Source of the DNA: an uncultured Bacteroidales bacterium
Lineage (GTDB): Bacteria > Bacteroidota > Bacteroidia > Bacteroidales > UBA932
Length of the DNA: 64,000 bases
NCBI GenBank assembly: GCA_944325445.1
Contig: CALVAG010000001.1
Coordinates: 55,652-119,651 of the forward strand
Direction: 5' to 3'
A program made the translations under genes and the position numbers. The notes beneath the pieces are model-generated. The model was not told where the DNA came from. It worked only from the letters and a program-made list of their open reading frames with translations, and searched no databases. Shown here piece after piece: positions 55,450-64,000 of the stretch (position 1 is its first letter; each line of letters opens with the position of its first letter).

Positions 55450-56880
55450 ATGCTGTATAGGTTTAATAAGAATCTGGCACAGCTTACGGGCGGCGGCGAT
55501 TGCCGTATAATAGCGGCTGTAAGCGGAGGCCCGGATTCTGTCTGTATGCTGCATCTGCTGTGCCGTTCCATACCTAAGGAGAATCTGGTTATCGCACATG
55601 TGAATTTTAACCTGAGAGGAGAAGATAGCGATGCAGATGAAGCCTTCGTAAGAGATTTGGCCAGGGAAATGGGTGTGGAGGCATATTTTAAAAGCGTCGA
55701 TACGCTCTCTTATGCCGGAGTTCACTCCATTTCCGTGGAGATGGCGGCAAGGGATCTGAGATATGCATGGTTCGGAGAGTTGAGAAGCCGTCTCGGATTT
55801 GATTATGTGGCAGTGGCGCATAATGCCAATGACAATGCAGAGACGCTTTTGCTGAACCTGTGCAGGGGAACCGGTTTAAAGGGAGTCTGCGGCATGAGCA
55901 TGGTGGATTGCAGGGGGATTCTAAGACCGCTTTTACCCTTTTCCCGCAGCGAAATCGAAAAGTATATCGAATCCAACGGGCTTCCATACAGAATAGACAA
56001 GACCAACGCAAGCAATGATTTTTCCAGAAACAGAATAAGGAACAGGGTCATCGAGGAGTTGCGCCGCATAAACCCATCCGTAATATCTACTCTCAACGAA
56101 GATATCGGGCGTTTTCGCCAGGCATATCTTTTGCTGGAGGGGTTGGTGGAGAGATGCCGTTTGAAATCCCTTGTCTCTCCTGAAATATATTTTGACAGAT
56201 TAAAGGATGAGAGCAAGGCATTTCCGATAATCCATGCCCTGTCGGAGTCCTTTATGGTCGCTGCAGTCGATATAGCTTCACTTACAGCGACGGAAAAGGA
56301 GGCGTGCGGATATCTGCTGCATGATATGCTTTCGGAGTACGGTTTCAATCCGGCGCAGTGTTCCGATATGGCATTCAATCTGGAAAAGGCCGGAATAAAA
56401 AAAATCGGATCTTCGGATTTTGTCGCAATAAAGGAACGCGGATATATTAAAATATACCGCACTGCCGTTGCGGATGATATTTTGCCGGCAGAGGTCGGGA
56501 AACCGTTGCCCGGAAAGAGTGTCGAGATAAATTACGGAGAGTTGAGGTTGCGTTTCGAAATTTTGCGGAATGAATGTTGTCGCGGAGAGGGGCGCGGGGA
56601 TGGCGTGCTTTTCGTATCGGCGGACAATCTCTCTTTTCCGTTGCAGCTGAGGGCCGCCTGCCCCGGTGAAAGGTTTTCCCCGTTCGGATTGAAAGGAAGC
56701 AAAAAACTGTCGGATTACTATACCGACATGAAAATCGATAATGCCGTAAGGGGGCGCATTCCGCTTCTTGTGACAAAAAAAAGCCCCGGCGCTATCGTCG
56801 CTTTGCCGGGACTTCAGGTCTCTGAACAGTTCAAGGTTACCGGTGAATCCGCTTTTTTGTTGAAAATAACCTTGCTGTGA
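55450..56880 (+). CDS. tilS: tRNA(Ile)-lysidine synthetase
   Basis: 476 aa with the PP-loop AAVSGGPDSVCMLHLL and AHNANDNAETLLLNLCRGTG. Confidence 0.9.
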   Translation: MLYRFNKNLAQLTGGGDCRIIAAVSGGPDSVCMLHLLCRSIPKENLVIAHVNFNLRGEDSDADEAFVRDLAREMGVEAYFKSVDTLSYAGVHSISVEMAARDLRYAWFGELRSRLGFDYVAVAHNANDNAETLLLNLCRGTGLKGVCGMSMVDCRGILRPLLPFSRSEIEKYIESNGLPYRIDKTNASNDFSRNRIRNRVIEELRRINPSVISTLNEDIGRFRQAYLLLEGLVERCRLKSLVSPEIYFDRLKDESKAFPIIHALSESFMVAAVDIASLTATEKEACGYLLHDMLSEYGFNPAQCSDMAFNLEKAGIKKIGSSDFVAIKERGYIKIYRTAVADDILPAEVGKPLPGKSVEINYGELRLRFEILRNECCRGEGRGDGVLFVSADNLSFPLQLRAACPGERFSPFGLKGSKKLSDYYTDMKIDNAVRGRIPLLVTKKSPGAIVALPGLQVSEQFKVTGESAFLLKITLL

Positions 56881-56884
56881 TTTT

Positions 56885-58648
56885 TTAATAGGCGAACTCA
56901 TAAAGGTAGGGTACACGTGCCAGATGTTCTACCTTGTTCTGTTCTTTAAGGTATGAGTAGCTTTGCATTATGAATTCCATAGGGTCGAGCGATATCGTGC
57001 TTTCTCCGCCTTCGATCACCTTGAGGAATTTATCCATCGAACTCTCGATGTACGGGTACTCTACTATTCTGTATTCGGTAACGCCGCTATGCAGTGCCGC
57101 GTATTCGACAGCATCCTTTATCCCGCCGATCTGATCTGCCAATTTGAGTTCCTTGGCCATGGAGCCTGCCCATACCCTGCCTTGTCCGACGGAATCGACG
57201 TACTCTACGCTCAGATTTCTTCCATCGGAAACCAAAGATGTAAATTTTGTGTATATATCTTCCACTGCCTGGCGGAAGTAGTCGATTTCGGCGGAATTGA
57301 GCGGCCTTATCCCCATGAATGCATCGGAATGGTTATGGGTTTTCAATGATACCGAATTTATATTCAAATGCTTGTCTAATAATCTTCCGTAATTCATGGC
57401 CATGCTGAATACCCCTATTGAACCCGTAAGTGTGGTCTTGTCCGTGAAGATGTAATCCGAGCAGGCCGAGATCCAATATCCTCCGCTTGCCGCATAATCT
57501 CCGAAACTTACTATGACCGGTTTGTTCTGTCTGAGATTCTGCAGTTCCAGATTTATAAGTTCGGCGGCCATCGCATCGCCTCCCGGCGAGTTCACCCTCA
57601 ATACTACGGCTTTTACAGAGGAGTCTTCGGCAACCTTTTTTATGACCGGACAGATTTTTCTTGCAGCCAGACCTTCAGGGGCGTTCATGCTTATCTCTCC
57701 TGCCGCATATATTACGGCTATCTTATTTTTTGCCTTCAGATTCTGTTTTACGGCAGCCTTTGCATATTTCGCAAGTGTTATGAACTCCAGTTCATCCTCA
57801 TCCTCTACGCTCGACAGCGTGCAGAGAGCCTCTATCATTTCCTGCTCGGTAACAGCTTCATCTATAAGATTATATTTCTTCATGCTTTCTGCATTCCCGA
57901 GACTCAGATTATCTATGAGAGAGTTGAAATCATCCGTATCCAGTTCTCTGCTCCCGCATATTTCGGACGCCCAGCTGTCCCATATGGCATCCATCATTGC
58001 CTGATTCTGTTCCCTGTTTGCCTCACTGATGTTGTTCGATACGAACTGTTCTGCCGCAGCCTTGAATTTGCCGTGGCGGATAAGCTGCACTTCTACTCCG
58101 AGTTTGTCGAGCAGATCCTTAAAAAACATGAGATTCATTCCGATTCCGGTCATCATTGCCTGTCCGTCTCGGTTCATATAGATTTTATCCGCAACGGATG
58201 CTATGTAATAGCCTCCCTGGGAAAAATTGTCTGCATATGCCACTATCGGCTTGCCGGAATCACGGAATTTTACAAGTGCGCTCCTTACCTCTTCGAGGGC
58301 CGTCATTCCAAGGGCGACGCCGCTTGCATTTATATATATGAATTTTATTCTCGGGTCGGCGGCGGCATTCTCTATTGCCGTAACGGCTGTCAGTATGCCG
58401 GTAGACTCCTCAGCCATTCTGAACGAGGTAAGCGATATGGATGAAAACGGATCGTTGTTGCTTCTTTCTGTAATGGGTTTGGAGAGATCCAATTTCAGGA
58501 TAGCCTCTCCGGTAAATGATGAAGTTTCGCTCTTTTGGCCGATACTTATCAAAACGCTTGCCATGCCAAGGAGAATGACAAACGAAACAGCTATGGCTGC
58601 CAATGCTCCTACGAATGCAGCCAATAAGGTTTTAAGAAAACTTTTCAT
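56885..58648 (-). CDS. sppA: Signal peptide peptidase SppA, 67K type
   Basis: 587 aa with an N-terminal TM and duplicated ClpP/crotonase-like halves (ADNFSQGGYYIAS and FGDYAASGGYWISA). Confidence 0.9.
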   Translation of the reverse strand: MKSFLKTLLAAFVGALAAIAVSFVILLGMASVLISIGQKSETSSFTGEAILKLDLSKPITERSNNDPFSSISLTSFRMAEESTGILTAVTAIENAAADPRIKFIYINASGVALGMTALEEVRSALVKFRDSGKPIVAYADNFSQGGYYIASVADKIYMNRDGQAMMTGIGMNLMFFKDLLDKLGVEVQLIRHGKFKAAAEQFVSNNISEANREQNQAMMDAIWDSWASEICGSRELDTDDFNSLIDNLSLGNAESMKKYNLIDEAVTEQEMIEALCTLSSVEDEDELEFITLAKYAKAAVKQNLKAKNKIAVIYAAGEISMNAPEGLAARKICPVIKKVAEDSSVKAVVLRVNSPGGDAMAAELINLELQNLRQNKPVIVSFGDYAASGGYWISACSDYIFTDKTTLTGSIGVFSMAMNYGRLLDKHLNINSVSLKTHNHSDAFMGIRPLNSAEIDYFRQAVEDIYTKFTSLVSDGRNLSVEYVDSVGQGRVWAGSMAKELKLADQIGGIKDAVEYAALHSGVTEYRIVEYPYIESSMDKFLKVIEGGESTISLDPMEFIMQSYSYLKEQNKVEHLARVPYLYEFAY

Positions 58649-58693
58649 AAACTTTTTATATTTATTTTTCCTGTTGATTTACTCATGATGCGA

Positions 58694-58701
58694 CAAAATT
58701 A
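58694..58701 (-). promoter_or_regulatory. -7 box TAATTTTG for sppA
   Basis: Exact match on the minus strand, 46 nt upstream of ATG 58648. Confidence 0.5.
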
Positions 58702-58738
58702 AGAAAATAATATTGTTTGAAAAAATAGGGTAAATTAG

Positions 58739-58746
58739 TACTTTTG
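58739..58746 (+). promoter_or_regulatory. -7 box TACTTTTG for the GH9-CE4 gene
   Basis: Exact match, 32 nt upstream of ATG 58778. Confidence 0.5.
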
Positions 58747-58777
58747 TCGGTCGAACCATCGTAAAAACAGAGTTGAA

Positions 58778-61288
58778 ATGAAGAATTTTTTTATAACGTT
58801 ATCGCTGTTGTTTCTGATGTTGTCTGTCCCGTGTTCTTTTTTCGGGCAGCAATGGGTAAGGGTAAATCAATTGGGGTACATGCCGCAGAGTATAAAAGTG
58901 GCAGTCTATATCTCCACGGATAATGCGGATGCCGGTGAATTTCATCTGTGCGATGCTGCAACCGGAGCGGTTGTCTATACGGGAAAGGCATCGAAAGCTG
59001 CGGATGCGGCGAAATGGGGAATGCAGAGCGCATACCGTCTGAACTTCTCGGAATTCGACAAATGCGGAGGCTATTATGTAGAGTTCAACGGAGTGAAGTC
59101 TGATAATTTCAGGATAGATTATGACGTTTATGACGGGACTGCGGACTTCATGCTTGTATATATGAGACAGCAAAGATGCGGTTACAATCCGTACAATGAC
59201 ACTCTTTGCCATCAGCATGACGGCTATATCGTAGATCATCCGACCCGCAGCGGCGAAAAGATAGATGTCAGGGGCGGCTGGCACGATGCAACGGATTATC
59301 TGCAATATCTGACCACTTCCGCAACGGCAACATACCACATGATGTTCGCCTATGCGCAGCAGAAGGACAAATCTGTATTCAAGGACAGGTATGATGCGGA
59401 CGGCAGGCCCGGCTCCAACGGTATTCCCGATATTCTGGACGAAGCGAGATGGGGGCTTGAGTGGATGTTGAAGATGAACCCGGAAGATAAAGTGATGTTC
59501 AATCAGATTGCAGACGACAGGGATCATGCGGGATTCAGATTGCCCTATAAAGACAGTGTCGATTATGGTTGGGGCAAAGGAACGGGGCGTCCTGTATATT
59601 TTGTAACGGGAGAACCCCAGGGTTTGGGCAGATGGATAAACAGAACTACAGGCGTTGCTTCTACAGCCGGCAAGTTCGCCTCGACGTTTGCGCTCGGCGC
59701 AGATCTGTTCAAGAAACTCGATAAGGAATTCTCGGAAAAAATGGCCATTAAGGCGGAGCAGGCATTCCGTTTTGCAGAGGAGCGTCCGGGAAATACCCAA
59801 ACGGCCTGCCTTGTATCTCCCTATTTTTATGAGGAGGATACATATACCGACGACATAGAGTTGGCAGCCGCTACGTTTTATGATTTGACGGATGGAGATT
59901 ATTGGCTTAAAAGGGCCGATTATTGGGGCGAACTGGAACCTGTCACACCATGGATGGAACTCGGCCGCGGCAGACATTATCAATATTATCCCTTTATCAA
60001 TCTGGGGCATTACTATCTGGCCTCTTCCGATGATGCAGCAGTGGCAAAGAAGTATGGCGAATTTATGAGGCTTGGGCTGGAGGCTCTCAGAAAAAGGGCC
60101 GAGGGGGACCCGTTCATGAACGGCATACCCTATATATGGTGCTCCAACAACCTTACTTCCGCTGCAATTACCCATGCAAGGCTTTATAATAAGGTTACGG
60201 GCGATTCCACATATGTGGAAATGGAAGCTGCATTGAGGGATTGGCTATTCGGCTGTAATCCATGGGGCACGAGCATGATTGTAGGGCTTCCCGAAGGGGC
60301 CAGGGACCTGCCTGTGCAGCCGCACTCTTCATATACTGTAGTCAATGGAGATTTGACATACGGCGGTTTGATAGACGGGCCCGTCTATAATACGGTATTC
60401 CAGGAGAGGGCAGGCAATTCCTTGAGAAATCCTGACGCTTTTGCCGTATTGAACAAAGGCATAGCTGTTTATCATGACGATATAGGCGATTATGCAAGCA
60501 ATGAGCCTACGATGGACGGTTCCGCAGGGCTGACATACTATTTTGCGGCTATGGAGAATGAGGGACGGGCTGCCCGCGAACTGGATCTGGTGAGAGATGA
60601 GTGGGGCGCGGTTGTCAGGATAGAGCCGCAAAAGAGGAACATATATCTTGTCTTTACCGCAGACTCGCTTTTCCAGGGAGGTGAGAAGATATTGAAGACA
60701 TTGAAAAGCGAAAGGATAAAGGGCTCCTTTTTCCTTACGGGAAATTGCCTCAGGCTTGCAGAGCACAAAAACCTGATAGAAAAGATAATCAAGGACGGGC
60801 ATTATCTCGGCGGCCATTCCAACAGGCATCTGCTTTATGCGGAGTGGGGGAACAGGGATTCATTGATAGTCTCAGCCGACTCTCTTGTGGAGGATATCAG
60901 GGCTAATGCAAAAGAACTGGAGAAATTCGGAATTTCCAAGGAGGAGTCCGGATGGTTCCTCCCTCCTTACGAATATTACAACAGGGAGAGTGTTTTCCTT
61001 ACCGAGGCATTGGGATACAGAGTTCTCAATTATACTCCAGGTACGGCAACTCCTGCCGACTACACGGACCCGTCGATGGCAAATTATGTCTCTTCCGAAA
61101 AATTGATAGGCAGACTATACAATTTCGAGAAAGCCAACGGGCTCGACGGTGCGATAATCCTTATCCATCCGGGCGTGAATGAGGCGCGGACAGACCGCTT
61201 ATATAACAGATTGGGGGAAATAGTGAAAAATCTTAAATCGAAGGGCTACTCGTTTAAGTCTCTTAATGAGATAGAGAGCGACATATAA
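58778..61288 (+). CDS. Fusion protein: Ig-like CelD_N domain + GH9 glycoside hydrolase + CE4/NodB-type polysaccharide deacetylase
   Basis: 836 aa with a signal peptide. VRVNQLGYMPQSIKVAVY marks the GH9 N-terminal Ig-like domain and RGGWHDATDYLQY the GH9 catalytic motif. The C-terminal ~220 aa carry IYLVFTADS, GHYLGGHSNRH and ILIHPG (NodB-like motifs). Confidence 0.85.
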   Translation: MKNFFITLSLLFLMLSVPCSFFGQQWVRVNQLGYMPQSIKVAVYISTDNADAGEFHLCDAATGAVVYTGKASKAADAAKWGMQSAYRLNFSEFDKCGGYYVEFNGVKSDNFRIDYDVYDGTADFMLVYMRQQRCGYNPYNDTLCHQHDGYIVDHPTRSGEKIDVRGGWHDATDYLQYLTTSATATYHMMFAYAQQKDKSVFKDRYDADGRPGSNGIPDILDEARWGLEWMLKMNPEDKVMFNQIADDRDHAGFRLPYKDSVDYGWGKGTGRPVYFVTGEPQGLGRWINRTTGVASTAGKFASTFALGADLFKKLDKEFSEKMAIKAEQAFRFAEERPGNTQTACLVSPYFYEEDTYTDDIELAAATFYDLTDGDYWLKRADYWGELEPVTPWMELGRGRHYQYYPFINLGHYYLASSDDAAVAKKYGEFMRLGLEALRKRAEGDPFMNGIPYIWCSNNLTSAAITHARLYNKVTGDSTYVEMEAALRDWLFGCNPWGTSMIVGLPEGARDLPVQPHSSYTVVNGDLTYGGLIDGPVYNTVFQERAGNSLRNPDAFAVLNKGIAVYHDDIGDYASNEPTMDGSAGLTYYFAAMENEGRAARELDLVRDEWGAVVRIEPQKRNIYLVFTADSLFQGGEKILKTLKSERIKGSFFLTGNCLRLAEHKNLIEKIIKDGHYLGGHSNRHLLYAEWGNRDSLIVSADSLVEDIRANAKELEKFGISKEESGWFLPPYEYYNRESVFLTEALGYRVLNYTPGTATPADYTDPSMANYVSSEKLIGRLYNFEKANGLDGAIILIHPGVNEARTDRLYNRLGEIVKNLKSKGYSFKSLNEIESDI

Positions 61289-62142
61289 TGTACAGGATAG
61301 TAGAAAAAAAGATTCTGAACAGCTCGATTGTTCTTATGAAGGTCGAGGCGCCGCGTATTGCCAAATCGGCGAAACCCGGACAATTTCTGATAGTGAGGAC
61401 AGGCGAGAGGGGCGAGCGTATTCCGCTTACGGTTTGCAATTACGATGCCGAATCCGGAACGGTTACGATTGTAGTGCAGGTAGTAGGAGCTTCAAGCAGA
61501 AAAATATACCATTTGAACGAGGGCGACAGTTTTACCGATGTGGCCGGACCGCTCGGAAGGCCGTCGGAGTTTATGAATATGGAGAGGGAACGCCTCAAAA
61601 ACATGCGCTTTCTTTTTATAGCGGGAGGTGTGGGGGCTGCACCGGTTTATCCCCAGGCCAGATATCTTCATGCGGCAGGTGCAAAGGTCGATATAATACT
61701 CGGAGCCAAGAGTGGGGAGATGCTTATTCTGGAGGAAAACCTTAAATCCGTTTCCGATAACCTTTATATATGTACGGACGACGGTTCAAAGGGAGAAAAG
61801 GGAATGGTTACATCTGTAATGGAGAGGTTGTTGGAAAGTGGCCGGAACTATGATTGCGCTGTTTCGATAGGGCCTATGATTATGATGAAATTCGTCACTC
61901 TTGCCGCCAAAAAATATAATCTGCCGCTTATAGTAAGCCTGAATACTCTTATGGTAGACGGTACGGGGATGTGCGGGGCCTGCCGTGTCTCTATTGGCGG
62001 AAAGACGAAATTCGCCTGCGTGGACGGCCCGGAGTTCGACGCTTATCTTGTAGATTTCGATGAAGCGATGCTCAGGCAGACAATGTATAAATCAATGGAG
62101 GCGGAGGCCGACCATAAATGCCGGATAGGCTTGGGAGAGTAG
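61288..62142 (+). CDS. NfnA/SudB-like FAD/NAD(P)-binding [2Fe-2S] subunit (ferredoxin-NADP reductase-like)
   Basis: 284 aa with KPGQFLIVR, RIPLTV and the C-terminal cluster MCGACRV...FACVDGPEF. Confidence 0.8.
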   Translation: MYRIVEKKILNSSIVLMKVEAPRIAKSAKPGQFLIVRTGERGERIPLTVCNYDAESGTVTIVVQVVGASSRKIYHLNEGDSFTDVAGPLGRPSEFMNMERERLKNMRFLFIAGGVGAAPVYPQARYLHAAGAKVDIILGAKSGEMLILEENLKSVSDNLYICTDDGSKGEKGMVTSVMERLLESGRNYDCAVSIGPMIMMKFVTLAAKKYNLPLIVSLNTLMVDGTGMCGACRVSIGGKTKFACVDGPEFDAYLVDFDEAMLRQTMYKSMEAEADHKCRIGLGE

Positions 62143-62146
62143 AAAT

Positions 62147-63532
62147 ATGGCTGTAAATATATCGCGTGTCCCTGTAAGGGAGCAAAGTCCGTCTGTCAGA
62201 AGAAAAAATTTCGATGAGGTCAGTTACGGTTATAATGAACAGGAGGCTCTGCTGGAGGCTTCGCGTTGTTTGAATTGCAAGAATCCGGCCTGCGTTGCGG
62301 CATGTCCGGTCTCTGTAAAGATACCATTGTTCATAAAGGAGATTGTAGCCGGAGATTTCAGGCAGGCCGCCGCGGTAATAGCTGCGGACAGCTCTTTGCC
62401 GGCGGTGTGCGGCAGGGTTTGCCCCCAGGAGTCGCAATGTGAAGGGGCCTGCATAAGAGGAGTGAAGTCTGAGCCCGTGGCAATCGGAAAGCTGGAGCGT
62501 TTCGTAGCCGACTGGAGCAGAGAACATGGGGTGAATTTTACAGAGAAGGCCCGTAGCAACGGTATCAAAATCGCCGTTATAGGCAGCGGACCGAGCGGAT
62601 TGGCCTGCGCGGCCGATTTGGCCAAAGCCGGTTATGATGTCACTGTATTCGAGGCGCTTCATAAGGCGGGAGGAGTTTTGCAGTACGGTATTCCAGAATT
62701 CCGTCTCCCCAAGGAGAGCGTAGTCGCACATGAGATAGAGAACCTCAAGTCGATGGGGGTTAAAATCGAAACGAATGTGATTATAGGCAAAACGGTTACC
62801 GTAGACCAGCTTATGGGGGAAGAGGGATTCAAGGCGATATTTATAGGACAGGGGGCAGGATTGCCCAAATTCATGAATATTCCGGGAGAGAATTTGAACG
62901 GGGTCTTTTCTGCAAATGAGTTTTTGACGAGAAACAATCTGATGCAGGCATACCGGGAAGATGCGGATACCCCTATTTATGCAGGCCGTAAGGCAATAGT
63001 GGTCGGCGGCGGGAATGTCGCAATGGATGCGGCGAGAACGGCGCTGCGGCTCGGAGCGGAAGTCACGATTGTCTATCGCAGAACCGAAAGGGAGCTGCCT
63101 GCCCGTTTGGAGGAGGTGGAGCATGCAAAAGAGGAGGGGATAGAGTTCAGTTTCCTTACCAACCCCATTGAGATTATTTCGGACGGGCATGGACGTGTAA
63201 AGTCTGTAAGGTGCGAAAAAATGGAACTCGGGGCCCCTGATGAGAGCGGCAGAAGATCTCCTAAGCCGATAGAGGGTTCCGAATATGACGTGGAGACGGA
63301 TGTCGTTATAATGGCGCTCGGGACAGTTCCGAATCCGCTCCTCGCAGCAAAAGGCATAGAACTTAACAAAAGAGGCGGAATAATGGCCGACGAGAGTGGC
63401 GTGACCACCCGCGAGGGGGTATTTGCCGGGGGTGATGTAGTTACCGGTTCTGCTACAGTTATTCTGGCAATGGGTGCCGGCCGCAAAGCTGCAACTTCTA
63501 TAGATAATTATATTAAGAGTTTGATCAAGTAA
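62147..63532 (+). CDS. NfnB/GltD-like NADPH-dependent oxidoreductase subunit (glutamate synthase small-chain family)
   Basis: 461 aa with RCLNCKNPACVAACPV, CGRVCPQESQCEGAC, VIGSGPSGLACA and VVGGGNVAMD. Confidence 0.85.
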   Translation: MAVNISRVPVREQSPSVRRKNFDEVSYGYNEQEALLEASRCLNCKNPACVAACPVSVKIPLFIKEIVAGDFRQAAAVIAADSSLPAVCGRVCPQESQCEGACIRGVKSEPVAIGKLERFVADWSREHGVNFTEKARSNGIKIAVIGSGPSGLACAADLAKAGYDVTVFEALHKAGGVLQYGIPEFRLPKESVVAHEIENLKSMGVKIETNVIIGKTVTVDQLMGEEGFKAIFIGQGAGLPKFMNIPGENLNGVFSANEFLTRNNLMQAYREDADTPIYAGRKAIVVGGGNVAMDAARTALRLGAEVTIVYRRTERELPARLEEVEHAKEEGIEFSFLTNPIEIISDGHGRVKSVRCEKMELGAPDESGRRSPKPIEGSEYDVETDVVIMALGTVPNPLLAAKGIELNKRGGIMADESGVTTREGVFAGGDVVTGSATVILAMGAGRKAATSIDNYIKSLIK

Positions 63533-63538
63533 CAGAAA

Positions 63539-64000
63539 ATGGCTCAGAAACCTACTATACCTAAGGGAACAAGGGATTTCGGCGCAAAAGAGATGGCCGG
63601 AAGAAATTACATATTCGATACGGTCCGTTCCGTGTTCAAAAAATACGGTTATACCCCATTGGAAACTCCCTCTATGGAGAATCTCTCGACACTGTTGGGC
63701 AAATATGGAGATGAAGGGGACAAACTCCTCTTTAAAATATTGAATTCCGGAGATGCCTTCGCCGGAGTAGAGCCTCAAATGCTGCAGAACAGCAATGCCT
63801 TGGCCATGAGGGTCTGTGAAAAGGGACTGCGTTATGATCTGACTGTCCCGTTTGCAAGATATGTGGTACAGCACCAAAGCGAATTGGCTTTCCCCTATAA
63901 GAGGTATCAGATCCAGCCTGTCTGGAGAGCCGACAGGCCGCAAAAAGGCCGGTACCGTGAGTTCTACCAGTGCGATGTAGATGTCGTAGGAAGCAACTCT
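63539..64000 (+). CDS. hisS: Histidyl-tRNA synthetase, 5' part (runs off the window)
   Basis: Not in the track because it has no stop in the window. Hand translation from ATG 63539 gives [19 protein letters not shown]...[12 protein letters not shown]...[25 protein letters not shown] (class II motifs). Confidence 0.93.
   Translation, partial: MAQKPTIPKGTRDFGAKEMAGRNYIFDTVRSVFKKYGYTPLETPSMENLSTLLGKYGDEGDKLLFKILNSGDAFAGVEPQMLQNSNALAMRVCEKGLRYDLTVPFARYVVQHQSELAFPYKRYQIQPVWRADRPQKGRYREFYQCDVDVVGSNS

Noticed and set aside
55803-56916. 219-aa and 212-aa minus-strand ORFs.
   Set aside because: They are antisense to tilS, which has a clear PP-loop protein, and no motifs are present.
58799-60175. 458-aa minus-strand ORF.
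   Set aside because: It is antisense to the GH9 domain, which has the GGWHDATDY motif and a signal peptide.
1-64000. A search by eye for mobile elements, integrases, tRNA/rRNA genes, CRISPR repeats, toxin-antitoxin pairs or known defence genes.
   Set aside because: None found. Every intergenic gap is 218 nt or shorter, and each is accounted for by promoters or terminators. All large ORFs were assigned to housekeeping or envelope functions. A proper scan (tRNAscan-SE, Infernal/Rfam, DefenseFinder/PADLOC) would be needed for certainty.

Overview
This is a 64 kb chromosomal segment that looks like Bacteroidota, probably Bacteroidales-like. Three things support that. The -7 promoter motif TAnnTTTG sits upstream of most transcription units. 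The gene content includes DUF5683, DUF3078, PCMD, WbqC and histone-H1-like genes. The parA-parB-DUF5683-mltD and rimP-nusA-infB arrangements are also present. I call 61 protein-coding genes. Two run off the window edges and are missing from the ORF track: an MltD-like transglycosylase at 1-1144 (-) and hisS at 63539-64000 (+). The window is densely packed and mostly housekeeping: partitioning, lpxD/lpxC/fabZ/lpxA, infB operon, purB, folP, tmk, proS, hisS, tilS, pth, rplY, sppA. I saw no rRNA, tRNA, CRISPR array, transposase, integrase or recognisable defence system. All family calls come from motif recognition by eye, with no database search. The candidates most worth a second look are these. 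(1) A two-gene module at 49.5-52.2 kb. It encodes a lipoprotein with an extreme Trp/Tyr-rich block and a Ser/Asn/Arg/Gly/Tyr tail, preceded by a canonical Shine-Dalgarno and followed by a FadL/PorV-like beta-barrel. (2) A long minus-strand operon at 6.1-13.0 kb that reads like a polyprenyl-phosphate-sugar-dependent lipid A/LPS modification pathway. It contains an Omp85-like barrel, an EptA-like transferase, a GT2, a LAB_N membrane protein, an ArnT-like transferase and a UDP-glucuronate 4-epimerase-like enzyme. (3) A 14-bp GNRA-capped intrinsic terminator just upstream of rimP-nusA-infB. (4) A GH9-CE4 fusion enzyme. (5) A PCMD / M6 metalloprotease / small lipoprotein cluster. Many long ORFs in the track are antisense or off-frame shadows of real genes and were rejected.
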